Source of the DNA: a virus | Taxonomy: Duplodnaviria; Caudoviricetes | Virus record (IMG/VR): IMGVR_UViG_3300020331_000002 | Direction: 5' to 3' (one strand) | DNA: 64,000 nt | In this document: one piece after another, positions 19,141 to 28,369 of the stretch | Position numbering within the stretch: position 1 is the first letter of the stretch | How the letters are laid out: the number at the start of each line of letters is the position of its first letter | Position numbers and translations under genes: made by a program | The notes under the pieces: model-generated | The model's input: only the letters and a program-made list of their open reading frames with translations | Databases searched by the model: none | Told to the model about the DNA's origin: nothing

Positions 19141-19416
19141 TTACTTTTTGTCAAGGAATTTTTTAAAATCACTGTAAATTTCTATGCCAGCTTCTTCAAC
19201 TTCCGCCTGTGTCAAAAACGCAGAGTCTGAGTACAAGGTACCGTCGCGTTTAATGAAGTAAAACCGATCATCGACTTTGCCCAAAACAGCACCCCGGCCC
19301 AAAAGTCCGGGCACCATATCAATCAACGAGGCTGCGCCAAACACGGTTGCCTTAAACAGTTCAGCATCAGGCACGATACCGATTAAAATGTCAGTGACGT
19401 CATTTATAGTAGCCAT
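19141..19416 (-). CDS. hypothetical protein
   Basis: 91 aa with GAGG RBS. Confidence 0.7.
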   Translation of the reverse strand: MATINDVTDILIGIVPDAELFKATVFGAASLIDMVPGLLGRGAVLGKVDDRFYFIKRDGTLYSDSAFLTQAEVEEAGIEIYSDFKKFLDKK

Positions 19417-19423
19417 GATAACC

Positions 19424-19765
19424 TCACTTAAACTTAACCGGTAGTGTTATATAATTGTTTGTATCGAATTCTACGATGCGCATGAGAGCCCAGCGTTCAG
19501 CGATAATATTGCGCTTTTTCCCTTTGACAGAAAGTTGGCAACGGAAGCGACCGTCCCAGAAGCTGCGCTTGAGCTTCTTTAGCTGGCCGGATTTAATCGA
19601 GAACACTTCTTCGCGCTCAATAGAAACGTAGTATCCGGGCGCATTTGAAATTGGATGTAAGAGATTCGAGTCGTTTAGATCAACGATATCACAGGGCGGG
19701 GATAGGTGTTGTTCATTAAAGCGGTCTAGCGCCGCTAGCACAGCTTCTTTAATTCTTTTAATCAT
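19424..19765 (-). CDS. hypothetical protein with NUMOD4/HNH-like N-terminal element
   Basis: PISNAPGYYVS....VFSIKSG..KKLK pattern. Confidence 0.5.
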   Translation of the reverse strand: MIKRIKEAVLAALDRFNEQHLSPPCDIVDLNDSNLLHPISNAPGYYVSIEREEVFSIKSGQLKKLKRSFWDGRFRCQLSVKGKKRNIIAERWALMRIVEFDTNNYITLPVKFK

Positions 19766-19781
19766 AGTAACCTCGAGTTAA

Positions 19782-19888
19782 GGTTGCCGGGCCAAGGAAT
19801 CGAACCTCGTTCGGGTGCATACTTGCGAAGTTTGCTGCGACAAATCTAAACAGACTTAATGGAGTCCCTCAGAATCATTCACCCGGCA
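19782..19888 (-). ncRNA. tRNA-like RNA (acceptor + T arm) with CGCAGCAA module and no anticodon arm
   Basis: UGCCGGG/CCCGGCA stem, CGAGG-UUCGAUU-CCUUG T arm, hairpin-GUCGCAGCAA-hairpin core. Confidence 0.65.
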
Positions 19889-19932
19889 TAATAGGTACGT
19901 ATAAGGATAGTACCTATTTGATTAAAAGTCTA

Positions 19933-20403
19933 TTAGTTTCCAGGATGTCTACGATGCCATTCGCGCTCTTGTTCAGCTTCGGCGTCGTCGTGCCATTGTT
20001 GCTTTTCGTCACTTGTTGCTTCGAACTCAATCTCAGAGCCATTCACATCATATGTGACATTGTCGAAATACTTCTCGTTCGTGTCGAAGAATTCCTGCAC
20101 TTGGTCTGGGTTCGCTGTGCGCTTTGCTTCGCTAGCCAAACGCTGGATTTCTTTGTCAGTGATGTAATCGTTTGGACCAAACGAATCGGAGTTGGCGATT
20201 TCACGATCCATGTAAATCTCTACCGGATCCTTAGTGCCTGCCATCTTATTGAGATAACGTAGCATAGATACTAGGAGTTCTGCCACTGCCATGTTTTGAC
20301 ACATGTAGAATTGATCGTCTACACTGTGGTCAATAACAAGAGCAAGGTCTACGTTTAAAGAGCTCTCCATGAGCTTTGTTGATTTGGTGATTTTATCAAA
20401 CAT
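19933..20403 (-). CDS. hypothetical acidic protein (late)
   Basis: 156 aa, TAAATA at 20440-20445. Confidence 0.7.
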   Translation of the reverse strand: MFDKITKSTKLMESSLNVDLALVIDHSVDDQFYMCQNMAVAELLVSMLRYLNKMAGTKDPVEIYMDREIANSDSFGPNDYITDKEIQRLASEAKRTANPDQVQEFFDTNEKYFDNVTYDVNGSEIEFEATSDEKQQWHDDAEAEQEREWHRRHPGN

Positions 20404-20478
20404 TATGAATTACGCCTTGTCGTTGTGTTTTAACGTGTGTATTTAGCACTCATCAAAACACAACGTCAAGATCTTTAC

Positions 20479-21423
20479 TCATCGTTTTGATTTCTTCTTA
20501 GGTTTTGGTCTGTAAGCTGGTTTTGGTTTCGGCTTAAGCTTTGGCTTTGACGTGTATGATGAAGTCGGCTTCGGAGTAAAAGAACTCGCGGTGGCTTTAG
20601 TAACCGGTTTACGGGTAGTTATTGTCTGATTAGCTTTAGGCGTTTGTGTAGTGGTAGACGATGCTGCTTTGGCATTGGCGTTAGCCGCTGCGCGGTTCTT
20701 CTTACAGGTAGTAGTGGTGCAGTTATTCCAAGCGCTGTCTTTGTTGCCCGTCTTCTTGCTACCCCAGCCACCTTGCGCTACTGAGCTCGATTGTGTTTTG
20801 GGCTTCGTGTCGGTTGTCTTTGGCTTTGATTTGATCTTAGACGACACTGTCTGTTTAGTCTCTGTATACTTACGCTTGCGCACGTTATACATCGCATCGC
20901 TCGACGACTTACGTCTACGGTAATCAGCCTCTGTAATTGACTTTCCTTCTGACGACGTGTAGTTATTAACAGTGACGTTGGTAGTGCGCCAACCGCCTGG
21001 ATTAGAGCTTTCCCAGCTGTTACGAGTTAAAGCATATGCCGCTGACGCTGCTAGAACACCAGTCGCTATCTGATACGACACGTAGTTTCTAGACTGCTGC
21101 GCATAAATGCTATTAGGGTCATGCCATTCCCAGTTACCGAATGCGTTCCAATAACCGTATTGTAGGTTGCCACGGTAATCAACATACGCGCCAGGTGCTA
21201 CAGGGCGGTTATAATACGCCATTCTTTCTTCATGTCTGGATTTGTTTAGTTGCTCGTAATAGCCGGATTCAATCCTTGCTAATTCCAGTTCATGTTGACG
21301 TGCGCGTCGTAGCTCTTTTTCTTCAGCTGTTTCGCATCCGCTTAAGCTTGTACCTACGACTATAATGCAGAATGCCACTACCAAGGTGGTTATTGCGTTC
21401 CTTACCGATTTACTGATTTTCAT
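20479..21423 (-). CDS. putative lipoprotein with Lys/Pro/Thr-rich tail
   Basis: Signal plus SLSGC lipobox; low-complexity C-terminus. Confidence 0.7.
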   Translation of the reverse strand: MKISKSVRNAITTLVVAFCIIVVGTSLSGCETAEEKELRRARQHELELARIESGYYEQLNKSRHEERMAYYNRPVAPGAYVDYRGNLQYGYWNAFGNWEWHDPNSIYAQQSRNYVSYQIATGVLAASAAYALTRNSWESSNPGGWRTTNVTVNNYTSSEGKSITEADYRRRKSSSDAMYNVRKRKYTETKQTVSSKIKSKPKTTDTKPKTQSSSVAQGGWGSKKTGNKDSAWNNCTTTTCKKNRAAANANAKAASSTTTQTPKANQTITTRKPVTKATASSFTPKPTSSYTSKPKLKPKPKPAYRPKPKKKSKR

Positions 21424-21445
21424 GCTCTTTCCTTATGTGGTGAAT

Positions 21446-21459
21446 GGGGCCGAAGCCCC
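21446..21459 (-). terminator. UUCG-tetraloop hairpin GGGGC-UUCG-GCCCC
   Basis: Just downstream of SPFH gene; lacks a clear U tract. Confidence 0.5.
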
Positions 21460-21475
21460 AAACGTTTTGATTACA

Positions 21476-23458
21476 TTACTCGCCTTTCTTATCCGTAGAT
21501 AGGAACTGTGCAATGTTGTTGGTCGTGCCAAGTAATGTGGCTGCCGCTGTGGTGCTTTCGCCACCGTCGCCGCCTACAAATACAGTAGCAGTTTTAACCA
21601 TCTCTGGGTTCTTGACAGCGCCGTCTACAGCCATTTTAAATAACACCTGTTCTTGTACTTTCTCTTCACCCATTACTGCTACTAGCTCGCGCTGGCCTTT
21701 CGCAGCTTCAATGTCGCGGTCACGCATACCTTCACCCTCTTTCTTAAGTTCATAAGCGCGGGCGTCAGCTAACTTTTCACGTTCAGATTTGATCTTGTCA
21801 GCTGCTTGGTCACGTAGTTCAGCAGTAACAACGATCTTCTGATTCTCTGCTTCTACACGAGCTGCCTCTGAGTCTTTACGCTGCTCGTAGGTAGCTTGCT
21901 CTTCCTTAAACGTGTTTTGTAACTGTCGAGCGTAGTTAGCACGCATACGCGGGATAAGAGACTCAACTGGTAAGTTAGGATGACCCATAGTCTGGATGTT
22001 AATGCCCAGGCCGTAGTCAGAAACAAACTCATTAAGAGCTGTAATGCTTTCCGATTCAATCTCTGCACGGTTGTTAATCAAGTCAAATAAACGTCGACTT
22101 TCTTCAACACATTCTTGATCCTTATAAGTACCCGCGGCGTATTTTAGTTTTTTGCCTTCGTACACATCGTTTTCGTAAACGGCACATCGCATGATGTCCT
22201 GGCCCTGGGCTGCAATACGGAACGTACTTTCAATTGGGTTTTTAAGGAACTGCTCCACCGCATGTAAGCCTGTGTTTCTGTCTTGCACGAAGTCACCAAT
22301 CGTCGCAACTACTAGCGGCGCGTCAACAACTTGGTATTTCGTTTTAAGATCAATAGGCACAGTCCAGCCTTCTACCACTACATCAATGGCTTCGCCTTCT
22401 GCGTTAGCTGGTTTAGTGATAGTGTCAGATCCAATAATGTTTTTGATCTTGCCGTCATCTTCCATTTCAAACGATACGGTTTTCTTGACGTATCCGCCGA
22501 AACGATCAAAGTCTTGTTGGCGAGTAGGTACGTGGGTAATCGTATACACTTTAGGGTGGAAACGATACGTTTTAGGCTCAAGGTGTTCGTTCCAAACACC
22601 GGCACAGCCCTTAGGTACTAAGTAAGTAACCGCGCCATTAAACGAACGTACTTCTCTACGATTATCATTACAAAATGCACTAGGCAAGTCGTCTGTAGCT
22701 GAGCGCACAACACCTACTTCACCTGTCTTAATGTCTTCCGCTGGGTAGTTTCTAAAGCTGTATAGGATTTTGTTTGCCATGATCACACCACCCGTTACAA
22801 GTGTTGATTGATCACCGCGGTATCCAAGCTTGTTGCCGTCTTTGTCAGTTTTGGATAAGAATGTCGCAGCATCAAGGAATTCGTTTTGGTCCTTCCATTT
22901 TGGTGCAAGAATCATGTCGTCTGACATTGGACGACCATCACGTGTATTCACGATAGCGAAGTGGTTCGCAGGAATGCTGTGAGGCTTGGTCAGGTCAATT
23001 TCAGTACCGTTGATCTCAATCTCGTCTAGCTCGGTATACAAGACATCAATTAGCGGGAACCATTTAAAACCAGGCGTGAATACTGTCGCTTGCGGGCCTT
23101 TCATGCCACCAAACGGGTTCGCTGTCATTGGCTTGGTCGCAACATAGTGTCCAACTGGAAGTGGCTCACCACCATATACACGAGAGAAGTGTTTGATTTC
23201 ACCATCACTAACGTATACTGAGTTGAGGTCAACCATCAACACAATTACCAACACTGCTGCGATCACTGCCGGAAACTTGGAAACGACACGAACGATGCCC
23301 TTAGCAACTTTTGCTTGAGGTGATTCGTTTCGTCTACTGTACTGATCTTGATGCGAATGTTGCTCTGCTTGTTTTTGCTGGTTTTCTCGCTTCTTGCGCG
23401 TTAGTGCGAAGTACACGAGATAGATTATTCCTACGAGTAGGAGTAGTAGCTTGAACAT
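21476..23458 (-). CDS. SPFH/band 7 (flotillin-like) membrane protein
   Basis: Two N-terminal TM segments, SPFH core (PIDLKTKYQV...IESTFR...LINNRAEIE...GHPNLP), C-terminal AE/EA coiled coil. Confidence 0.85.
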   Translation of the reverse strand: MFKLLLLLVGIIYLVYFALTRKKRENQQKQAEQHSHQDQYSRRNESPQAKVAKGIVRVVSKFPAVIAAVLVIVLMVDLNSVYVSDGEIKHFSRVYGGEPLPVGHYVATKPMTANPFGGMKGPQATVFTPGFKWFPLIDVLYTELDEIEINGTEIDLTKPHSIPANHFAIVNTRDGRPMSDDMILAPKWKDQNEFLDAATFLSKTDKDGNKLGYRGDQSTLVTGGVIMANKILYSFRNYPAEDIKTGEVGVVRSATDDLPSAFCNDNRREVRSFNGAVTYLVPKGCAGVWNEHLEPKTYRFHPKVYTITHVPTRQQDFDRFGGYVKKTVSFEMEDDGKIKNIIGSDTITKPANAEGEAIDVVVEGWTVPIDLKTKYQVVDAPLVVATIGDFVQDRNTGLHAVEQFLKNPIESTFRIAAQGQDIMRCAVYENDVYEGKKLKYAAGTYKDQECVEESRRLFDLINNRAEIESESITALNEFVSDYGLGINIQTMGHPNLPVESLIPRMRANYARQLQNTFKEEQATYEQRKDSEAARVEAENQKIVVTAELRDQAADKIKSEREKLADARAYELKKEGEGMRDRDIEAAKGQRELVAVMGEEKVQEQVLFKMAVDGAVKNPEMVKTATVFVGGDGGESTTAAATLLGTTNNIAQFLSTDKKGE

Positions 23459-23548
23459 ATATGCTCCTTGTGTGTGTATGAGTATGTTCGGTTAGGTTTT
23501 ACATTATAGTCATATAGCCGTTCTGTCTAGATAACTATGAATTTTTTA

Positions 23549-23815
23549 TTAATACGAACGTCGCTGCCCGGCTCTTATTTGCGAGTAGCCTGACTTGGAC
23601 TTTACTTCGCCGATGGCGTCGACACAATGGTTTATCGACTTATCAATGCTGCGGCCTAGCTCATCCAATTCTTCATAGTCACCGAGCTTGGGTTCATGTA
23701 TCTTGTTAAATCTTTCTTTAATGCGTGTGAGGTCTCTGTGGATAGACTCCAGCACGCCCAAGTCGCCTGGAGATTCTAAAAGTAGTGCTATTTGTTTGAA
23801 ATCTTGATTGTTCAT
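23549..23815 (-). CDS. hypothetical protein
   Basis: 88 aa. Confidence 0.65.
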   Translation of the reverse strand: MNNQDFKQIALLLESPGDLGVLESIHRDLTRIKERFNKIHEPKLGDYEELDELGRSIDKSINHCVDAIGEVKSKSGYSQIRAGQRRSY

Positions 23816-23873
23816 TTGTTATCCTCAATTAGCACAGTATTTAATTAACTGCGCACGGATAACGCCGTATCAG

Positions 23874-24158
23874 TTACCAATCAATGTGCAAATCAAGCAT
23901 TTCGCTGTATACAAAACCGTCTTCTTCGTCATACGAATCGTTGAGCTCAGAGGTATACCTTTTGATTTCTTCTTCTTCGAAGCCAGCACGCTTCATGACA
24001 TCGGCAATTGCGTCAATCGCTTCTTGCTTATTTTTACATTCAACAAAGCCGTCTTCAACTGATAAAATCATTTCAAGGTCGTAGCTACCATCGTTTGGCA
24101 GGTCTAAAATAATAGCGTCATTGGCGTCAATAATTTTAAACGTGTTCGGTTGTGCCAT
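23874..24158 (-). CDS. hypothetical acidic protein (early)
   Basis: 94 aa after early promoter. Confidence 0.7.
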   Translation of the reverse strand: MAQPNTFKIIDANDAIILDLPNDGSYDLEMILSVEDGFVECKNKQEAIDAIADVMKRAGFEEEEIKRYTSELNDSYDEEDGFVYSEMLDLHIDW

Positions 24159-24190
24159 TTTTTTTGCCTTGTTTTGTTAAGTTCGTATAC

Positions 24191-24240
24191 ATTATAGCTA
24201 TTTGATGCTCAATGTCAATACCTGTTTGAAAATAATTTCA
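24191..24240 (-). promoter_or_regulatory. phage early promoter (conserved class)
   Basis: AAATTATTTTCAAACAGGTA-TTGACA-TTGAGCATCAAATAGC-TATAAT. Confidence 0.8.
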
Positions 24241-24297
24241 AAATAGAAACAAAAAGAGCCCTGTTAAAAACAGAGCTCAGTGTAGTATGAAGTTATA

Positions 24298-24498
24298 TCA
24301 CGCCAGTGTTATGACGTTACCCTTACGGACTGCAAAGCCTTCATTCAAAACGCGATGCACCCAGCGTATTGCTGTTTTTTCAGTGCAGCCAAACTTCGCA
24401 CTAACTAGGCCGCGTACTTGCCAATCAAAAGCTACAAACTCAGTTTCTGACAAAAACTCTGCTACTGCTTGAGGGTTAAATTTAGCCATTTTTGACAC
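24298..24498 (-). CDS. small possible DNA-binding protein (early)
   Basis: 66 aa, wHTH-like pattern; promoter at 24522-24555. Confidence 0.6.
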   Translation of the reverse strand: MSKMAKFNPQAVAEFLSETEFVAFDWQVRGLVSAKFGCTEKTAIRWVHRVLNEGFAVRKGNVITLA

Positions 24499-24561
24499 CC
24501 TGTGTTGTTAAGTTCGTATACATTATAGCAATGTGAACACCAAACACAAGGCCTAATTGAA

Positions 24562-24777
24562 TTATTTCTTCTGAATATACTTGTATATTGCGGCGCACTT
24601 GCCGAGAACTTCTTCTATTTGGTTATCGAGTTCAACCAACGCACGATCAAGGCTAGGGTCTGCAAGGTCAGGCATGTCGTTTTCAAGCTTTTGTTTGGCT
24701 GCTTTGATAGCCATGTATGTGTTTCGAATTGGCTTGGTTACCGCTGTCGAGCGTTCAGTAATACTACTAATTTTCAC
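24562..24777 (-). CDS. candidate capsid-targeted internal protein
   Basis: MKISSITE N-terminus; TAAATA at 24802-24807. Confidence 0.55.
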   Translation of the reverse strand: MKISSITERSTAVTKPIRNTYMAIKAAKQKLENDMPDLADPSLDRALVELDNQIEEVLGKCAAIYKYIQKK

Positions 24778-24821
24778 GGGCTACTCCGATCTTATTCGCA
24801 GTATTTAGCCGCCGGCTCAGA

Positions 24822-25013
24822 TTACCATACAAATCGCACGCCAGGGACAAGGGTGGGCTCGAGTGCGTCGGTGTCATCGTTAGCATCATGCTCTGCTGCC
24901 GTGATGTAGGCATCAACTACTTCTAAGTCAACACCATTGCCGATCAGTTCGATTGCTAGTGTGTCAAGGGCTTCTTGCTTTGATTTGAATTTACGTTCTT
25001 TCATAGTCTTCAC
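24822..25013 (-). CDS. hypothetical protein
   Basis: 63 aa. Confidence 0.6.
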   Translation of the reverse strand: MKTMKERKFKSKQEALDTLAIELIGNGVDLEVVDAYITAAEHDANDDTDALEPTLVPGVRFVW

Positions 25014-25069
25014 CTTTCTTTTTAGTACGTGAAGACTATAGCATCTGCCAATTAAACAATCAAGATGAT

Positions 25070-25510
25070 TTAAAAGTAAAAAGATTCATCGTCTTCACGA
25101 TAGTTTTTAAGGTTAGGTAGTATTTTGCCGTCGTTGTAATTCTCGGTGATTTCCTTTTTGTATCCCATGGCGCTAGCGCAATAGAATTTATCACCAGGAC
25201 ATAATAGGTAGTTATTGAGGAAGAACGGTCTCAAAACACTGTCACCGTTGTGCCACGGTTGTGTTTCAATATACCCGTTGCGTTCGAGATGGCCGCGCAG
25301 TTTCTGAAAGGCTGGATGATAGTCATGCGATACAGACCCAAACGATTCTTGTTTCGAGTTATAGTACTTCAAACCAGAAAAGACACTACATAAGTATTCC
25401 GGATTAATAAAGTAATACGGAGGACAGTCTAGATCAAGCTCAAGCTGATAATACACACCTTGACTTACTGCGATGTCATGGATTAAGCCTATTGGCACTG
25501 CGCCGAACAT
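25070..25510 (-). CDS. hypothetical protein
   Basis: 146 aa. Confidence 0.7.
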   Translation of the reverse strand: MFGAVPIGLIHDIAVSQGVYYQLELDLDCPPYYFINPEYLCSVFSGLKYYNSKQESFGSVSHDYHPAFQKLRGHLERNGYIETQPWHNGDSVLRPFFLNNYLLCPGDKFYCASAMGYKKEITENYNDGKILPNLKNYREDDESFYF

Positions 25511-25815
25511 TCTTCTACCCCCGTTACTAAATCTAGCATTGCAGCAAGGAACCTTTCAACATCACACAGGTGCCACATGTTGATATCGACATTTGCGGTG
25601 TGCATGTCTTGTCCTGCGAACACCCATTTCTCAGACACCATGGTGTCTATTTTTTCGATGTTTGTTTTGTTAGTTGTAATTGAAAGGCTGCCACTAGAAG
25701 TGACATTTATGATAACTTTATTCTCGTACAAACGAGATATGATATTTTTGCCCTGTGTATCGGGATAAAAGAACTCGCCCAAGTATATAGGACGAATGAG
25801 GTTTGCTACGAGCAT
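25489..25815 (-). CDS. hypothetical protein
   Basis: 108 aa. Confidence 0.65.
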   Translation of the reverse strand: MLVANLIRPIYLGEFFYPDTQGKNIISRLYENKVIINVTSSGSLSITTNKTNIEKIDTMVSEKWVFAGQDMHTANVDINMWHLCDVERFLAAMLDLVTGVEECSAQCQ

Positions 25816-25837
25816 GGATCCCTTCTTGTTATAATAG

Positions 25838-26045
25838 TGGTGCCCCGTGAGTCACTAGACTCATAAATGAAACGACAGGTTTATTGTACTGCCACGCTTA
25901 GGAGGCCACCACAGCCGTTCCCCTAGGTGATCAACGTCCTACTTATGCAGACAGTACATGAGTGGTTAGTCCATATAGCGGCCTACATACTTTCAAACTC
26001 AACAGTGACCAGAGAGATCATTTCATAAGTGCCATGCACCGGGGC
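25838..26045 (-). ncRNA. putative 208-nt structured RNA with acceptor-like stem and ACCA end
   Basis: GCCCCG/CGGGGC-ACCA; helices AUGAAAUGA/UCGUUUCAU, GUACUGUC/GGCAGUAC, GAGUC/GACUC. Confidence 0.6.
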
Positions 26046-26182
26046 ATAGAACTTTTACGACTTCTTGTCGTTTTGTTTCTTTTCTAACTCTTCAACACGT
26101 TTTGTTAACTCTTTGACCTGTTCTATTAATTTAGATACAGGATCTACACCAGCTGTAATCGTTAACATACTTTGTCTCTATT

Positions 26183-26269
26183 TGGCAGTGGGTGTGGGAT
26201 TCGAACCCACGTGCCCCGAAGGACAATTGCTTTCCAGGCAATCGCGTTAGACCGCTCCGCCAACCCACT
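26183..26269 (-). tRNA. tRNA-Ser(GGA)
   Basis: Cloverleaf, long variable arm, G73, CCA. Confidence 0.92.
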
Positions 26270-26289
26270 AAAATTCGGATATAAACTTA

Positions 26290-26592
26290 CTACGCTTTGA
26301 CCACATATGTGATTGACATGTTACTGTTAATCATTGTGGGCGTTCTGTGCTTGGTGCGCTTAAGGTCACCTTTCTTTAACAACCGTTTCAAGTCTGGATC
26401 CTTGTCCAGTACAATACAACCACGGAAATTTACAGGAATAGCCATACCTTCTTTACAATATGCAAGGATACGGTCTCTGCGCTCCTTGCCGTATGGCGCT
26501 CTATAAAGCCATTGTTGCACTTCTTCTTGTACCTCGAAGCTTGCGGCTTTGAGCCATGCATCGGGGTTACTGATGGTTTCTGCGGTCATCAT
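26290..26592 (-). CDS. hypothetical protein
   Basis: 100 aa. Confidence 0.7.
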   Translation of the reverse strand: MMTAETISNPDAWLKAASFEVQEEVQQWLYRAPYGKERRDRILAYCKEGMAIPVNFRGCIVLDKDPDLKRLLKKGDLKRTKHRTPTMINSNMSITYVVKA

Positions 26593-26611
26593 AGACTCCC
26601 TTAAGTGTTAA

Positions 26612-26936
26612 CCATTTTGTGTAATACCTCATGGTAGGACCTGATCCCTACTTCGTCAAGCCAAGCTTGATTTACCGGTACCTTTAAACCTGCCTTTCCT
26701 CGAGTAAACGAGCACAAAGTATTACACAAAATGGCACCAGCACCCCGCCGCATTCACAACGCTTATCTGGCTTATCCGCTCCGCATTCAGCGCAGAGACT
26801 AACAAGGTGATTACTGCAACGGTTGACAGGATTAGTAGGATTCCCGGGGTATCCACACCCCGCCTGTCATTGCTCGCCTGCATGGTGCGGTTCTATTAAT
26901 CCTAGCGATTGAATCCCGTGGACTGAATTAATCACC
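26612..26936 (-). ncRNA. putative structured RNA region (two domains)
   Basis: 16-bp perfect inverted repeat 26612-26627/26719-26734 enclosing 3 hairpins; second domain closed by GGUGAUUA/UAAUCACC (26806-26936). Confidence 0.55.
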
Positions 26937-26973
26937 AATAGACGCTCGATACCGCATCGTTACAATAATTCGG

Positions 26974-27585
26974 TTACAAGTCGTTTACTTCAACGACTCG
27001 TACAAAGTCAATAATAAATTGTACAATATAATCCCAAGAATGACCGTTTTCAATGTTGTATTCAGCAATACGACACAGCGCGTCGAGCGTAGCTTCGTAT
27101 TCTTCATCATCATCACCATCAACGGTGCACGTTCCTTCGTCGTACATTTCTTTGGCCGCTTCAAAATCCATTTCCAAGTCGTGTACGAGCATTGCAGCCA
27201 AGTCACAATCATGGATGGCAACATCGTCCATTTCAGCACCGAAACAAATCATATGTTCGTGCACGAACTCATTAACTTCGGGTCTCAGTGAGTCACCATC
27301 AGTAAACAAAATGAAGTAGTCAGCCACTTCAAATACGATAATCTCGTCGGAGCCAATATTGTCGACCAGTGCCTCAATATCACTCTCATCTAACATACCT
27401 AAGAAAGTTTGGATATCAGACTCGTTAGACGTCACATAAACACTAGCATAATCGCTACCTGTCAAAAAAGACGTATCGTCTACGTCACCGCGCACGGTGT
27501 CTGAGTCAGCAGGCAAGTATGATGTATATTCAACATCAAGCGTTTCGTGTACTAACTTACGTTTTTCGGTGGTGAATTCCATCAC
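26974..27585 (-). CDS. hypothetical acidic protein
   Basis: 203 aa, GGAGG RBS. Confidence 0.75.
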   Translation of the reverse strand: MMEFTTEKRKLVHETLDVEYTSYLPADSDTVRGDVDDTSFLTGSDYASVYVTSNESDIQTFLGMLDESDIEALVDNIGSDEIIVFEVADYFILFTDGDSLRPEVNEFVHEHMICFGAEMDDVAIHDCDLAAMLVHDLEMDFEAAKEMYDEGTCTVDGDDDEEYEATLDALCRIAEYNIENGHSWDYIVQFIIDFVRVVEVNDL

Positions 27586-27598
27586 GCCTCCAAAGAAA

Positions 27599-27674
27599 TG
27601 GTGCCCCCAACTGGATTCGAACCAGTGACCTAACGATTATGAGTCGTCCGCTCTGCACGCTGAGCTATAGGGGC
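27599..27674 (-). tRNA. tRNA-Ile2(CAU) (or Met)
   Basis: CAU anticodon; GCCCCUA acceptor and ACGA/UCGU stem resemble ileX-type. Confidence 0.85.
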
Positions 27675-27768
27675 TTTAGATAACTTCTTAAAACTTGTGT
27701 CTATTATACAACCATTTAGGTTGTTTGCAAGAAAAACTTTTAATTATTTTCCACATTGACACGGTGAT

Positions 27769-27843
27769 TGGAGCGGATAAGGGGAGTCGAACCCCTTCAC
27801 TACGGCTTGGAAGGCCGAGGGCGTCACCAGTGAGCTTACCCGC
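27769..27843 (-). tRNA. tRNA-Gly(UCC)
   Basis: GCGGG acceptor, CU-UCC-AA loop, U73, CCA. Confidence 0.92.
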
Positions 27844-27854
27844 GTATTATGTTA

Positions 27855-28304
27855 CTAAGCATGATTCACATAAGCCGTACTAATAATACAAGCAGTGTGA
27901 TAATCAGCTTCCTGTTTAAAAGCGTTAAAGAGTTCAGCGTACTGTTCCTTAACAGATAATTCTTGATCCATGTCAGTAATTTTGAAACGACATTTATGAC
28001 CACACAGCTTCATGCTAATTGAACGGCCGATGTCTGTTTTTGGATTACTGTCACAGTAAACGTAAAGGCCAATACGTTCTAGTGCAATACCGCCGCCCCA
28101 TTCTACGACTAGGCGATACGTGTTATCAATTGCATTACCGCGTATGTTAAGGAAACAACGGGTACTTCTGAACGTAGTGTCAACGTCGACGTTGTACTTT
28201 TGCTTGAGTTGCTCAATATAATCGACTAACTGCGCCTTTATAAAAGCAAAGCTGTCAAGTTCTTTAACAGCTTCGCCCATACTAATCATGCCTGGTAATC
28301 TCAT
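27855..28304 (-). CDS. hypothetical protein
   Basis: 149 aa. Confidence 0.7.
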   Translation of the reverse strand: MRLPGMISMGEAVKELDSFAFIKAQLVDYIEQLKQKYNVDVDTTFRSTRCFLNIRGNAIDNTYRLVVEWGGGIALERIGLYVYCDSNPKTDIGRSISMKLCGHKCRFKITDMDQELSVKEQYAELFNAFKQEADYHTACIISTAYVNHA

Positions 28305-28369
28305 CTTTGTAGCCTTCTTTCTTAAAGTTCACAAAGAGTATAACAAACGATTCCCAGTTTACAAGACTT

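Noticed and set aside
26690-26780. RNase P RNA (GAGGAAAG and GGCUUA-like strings)
   Set aside because: The two P4 half-motifs are on opposite strands, and GAGGAAAG is not followed by UCC
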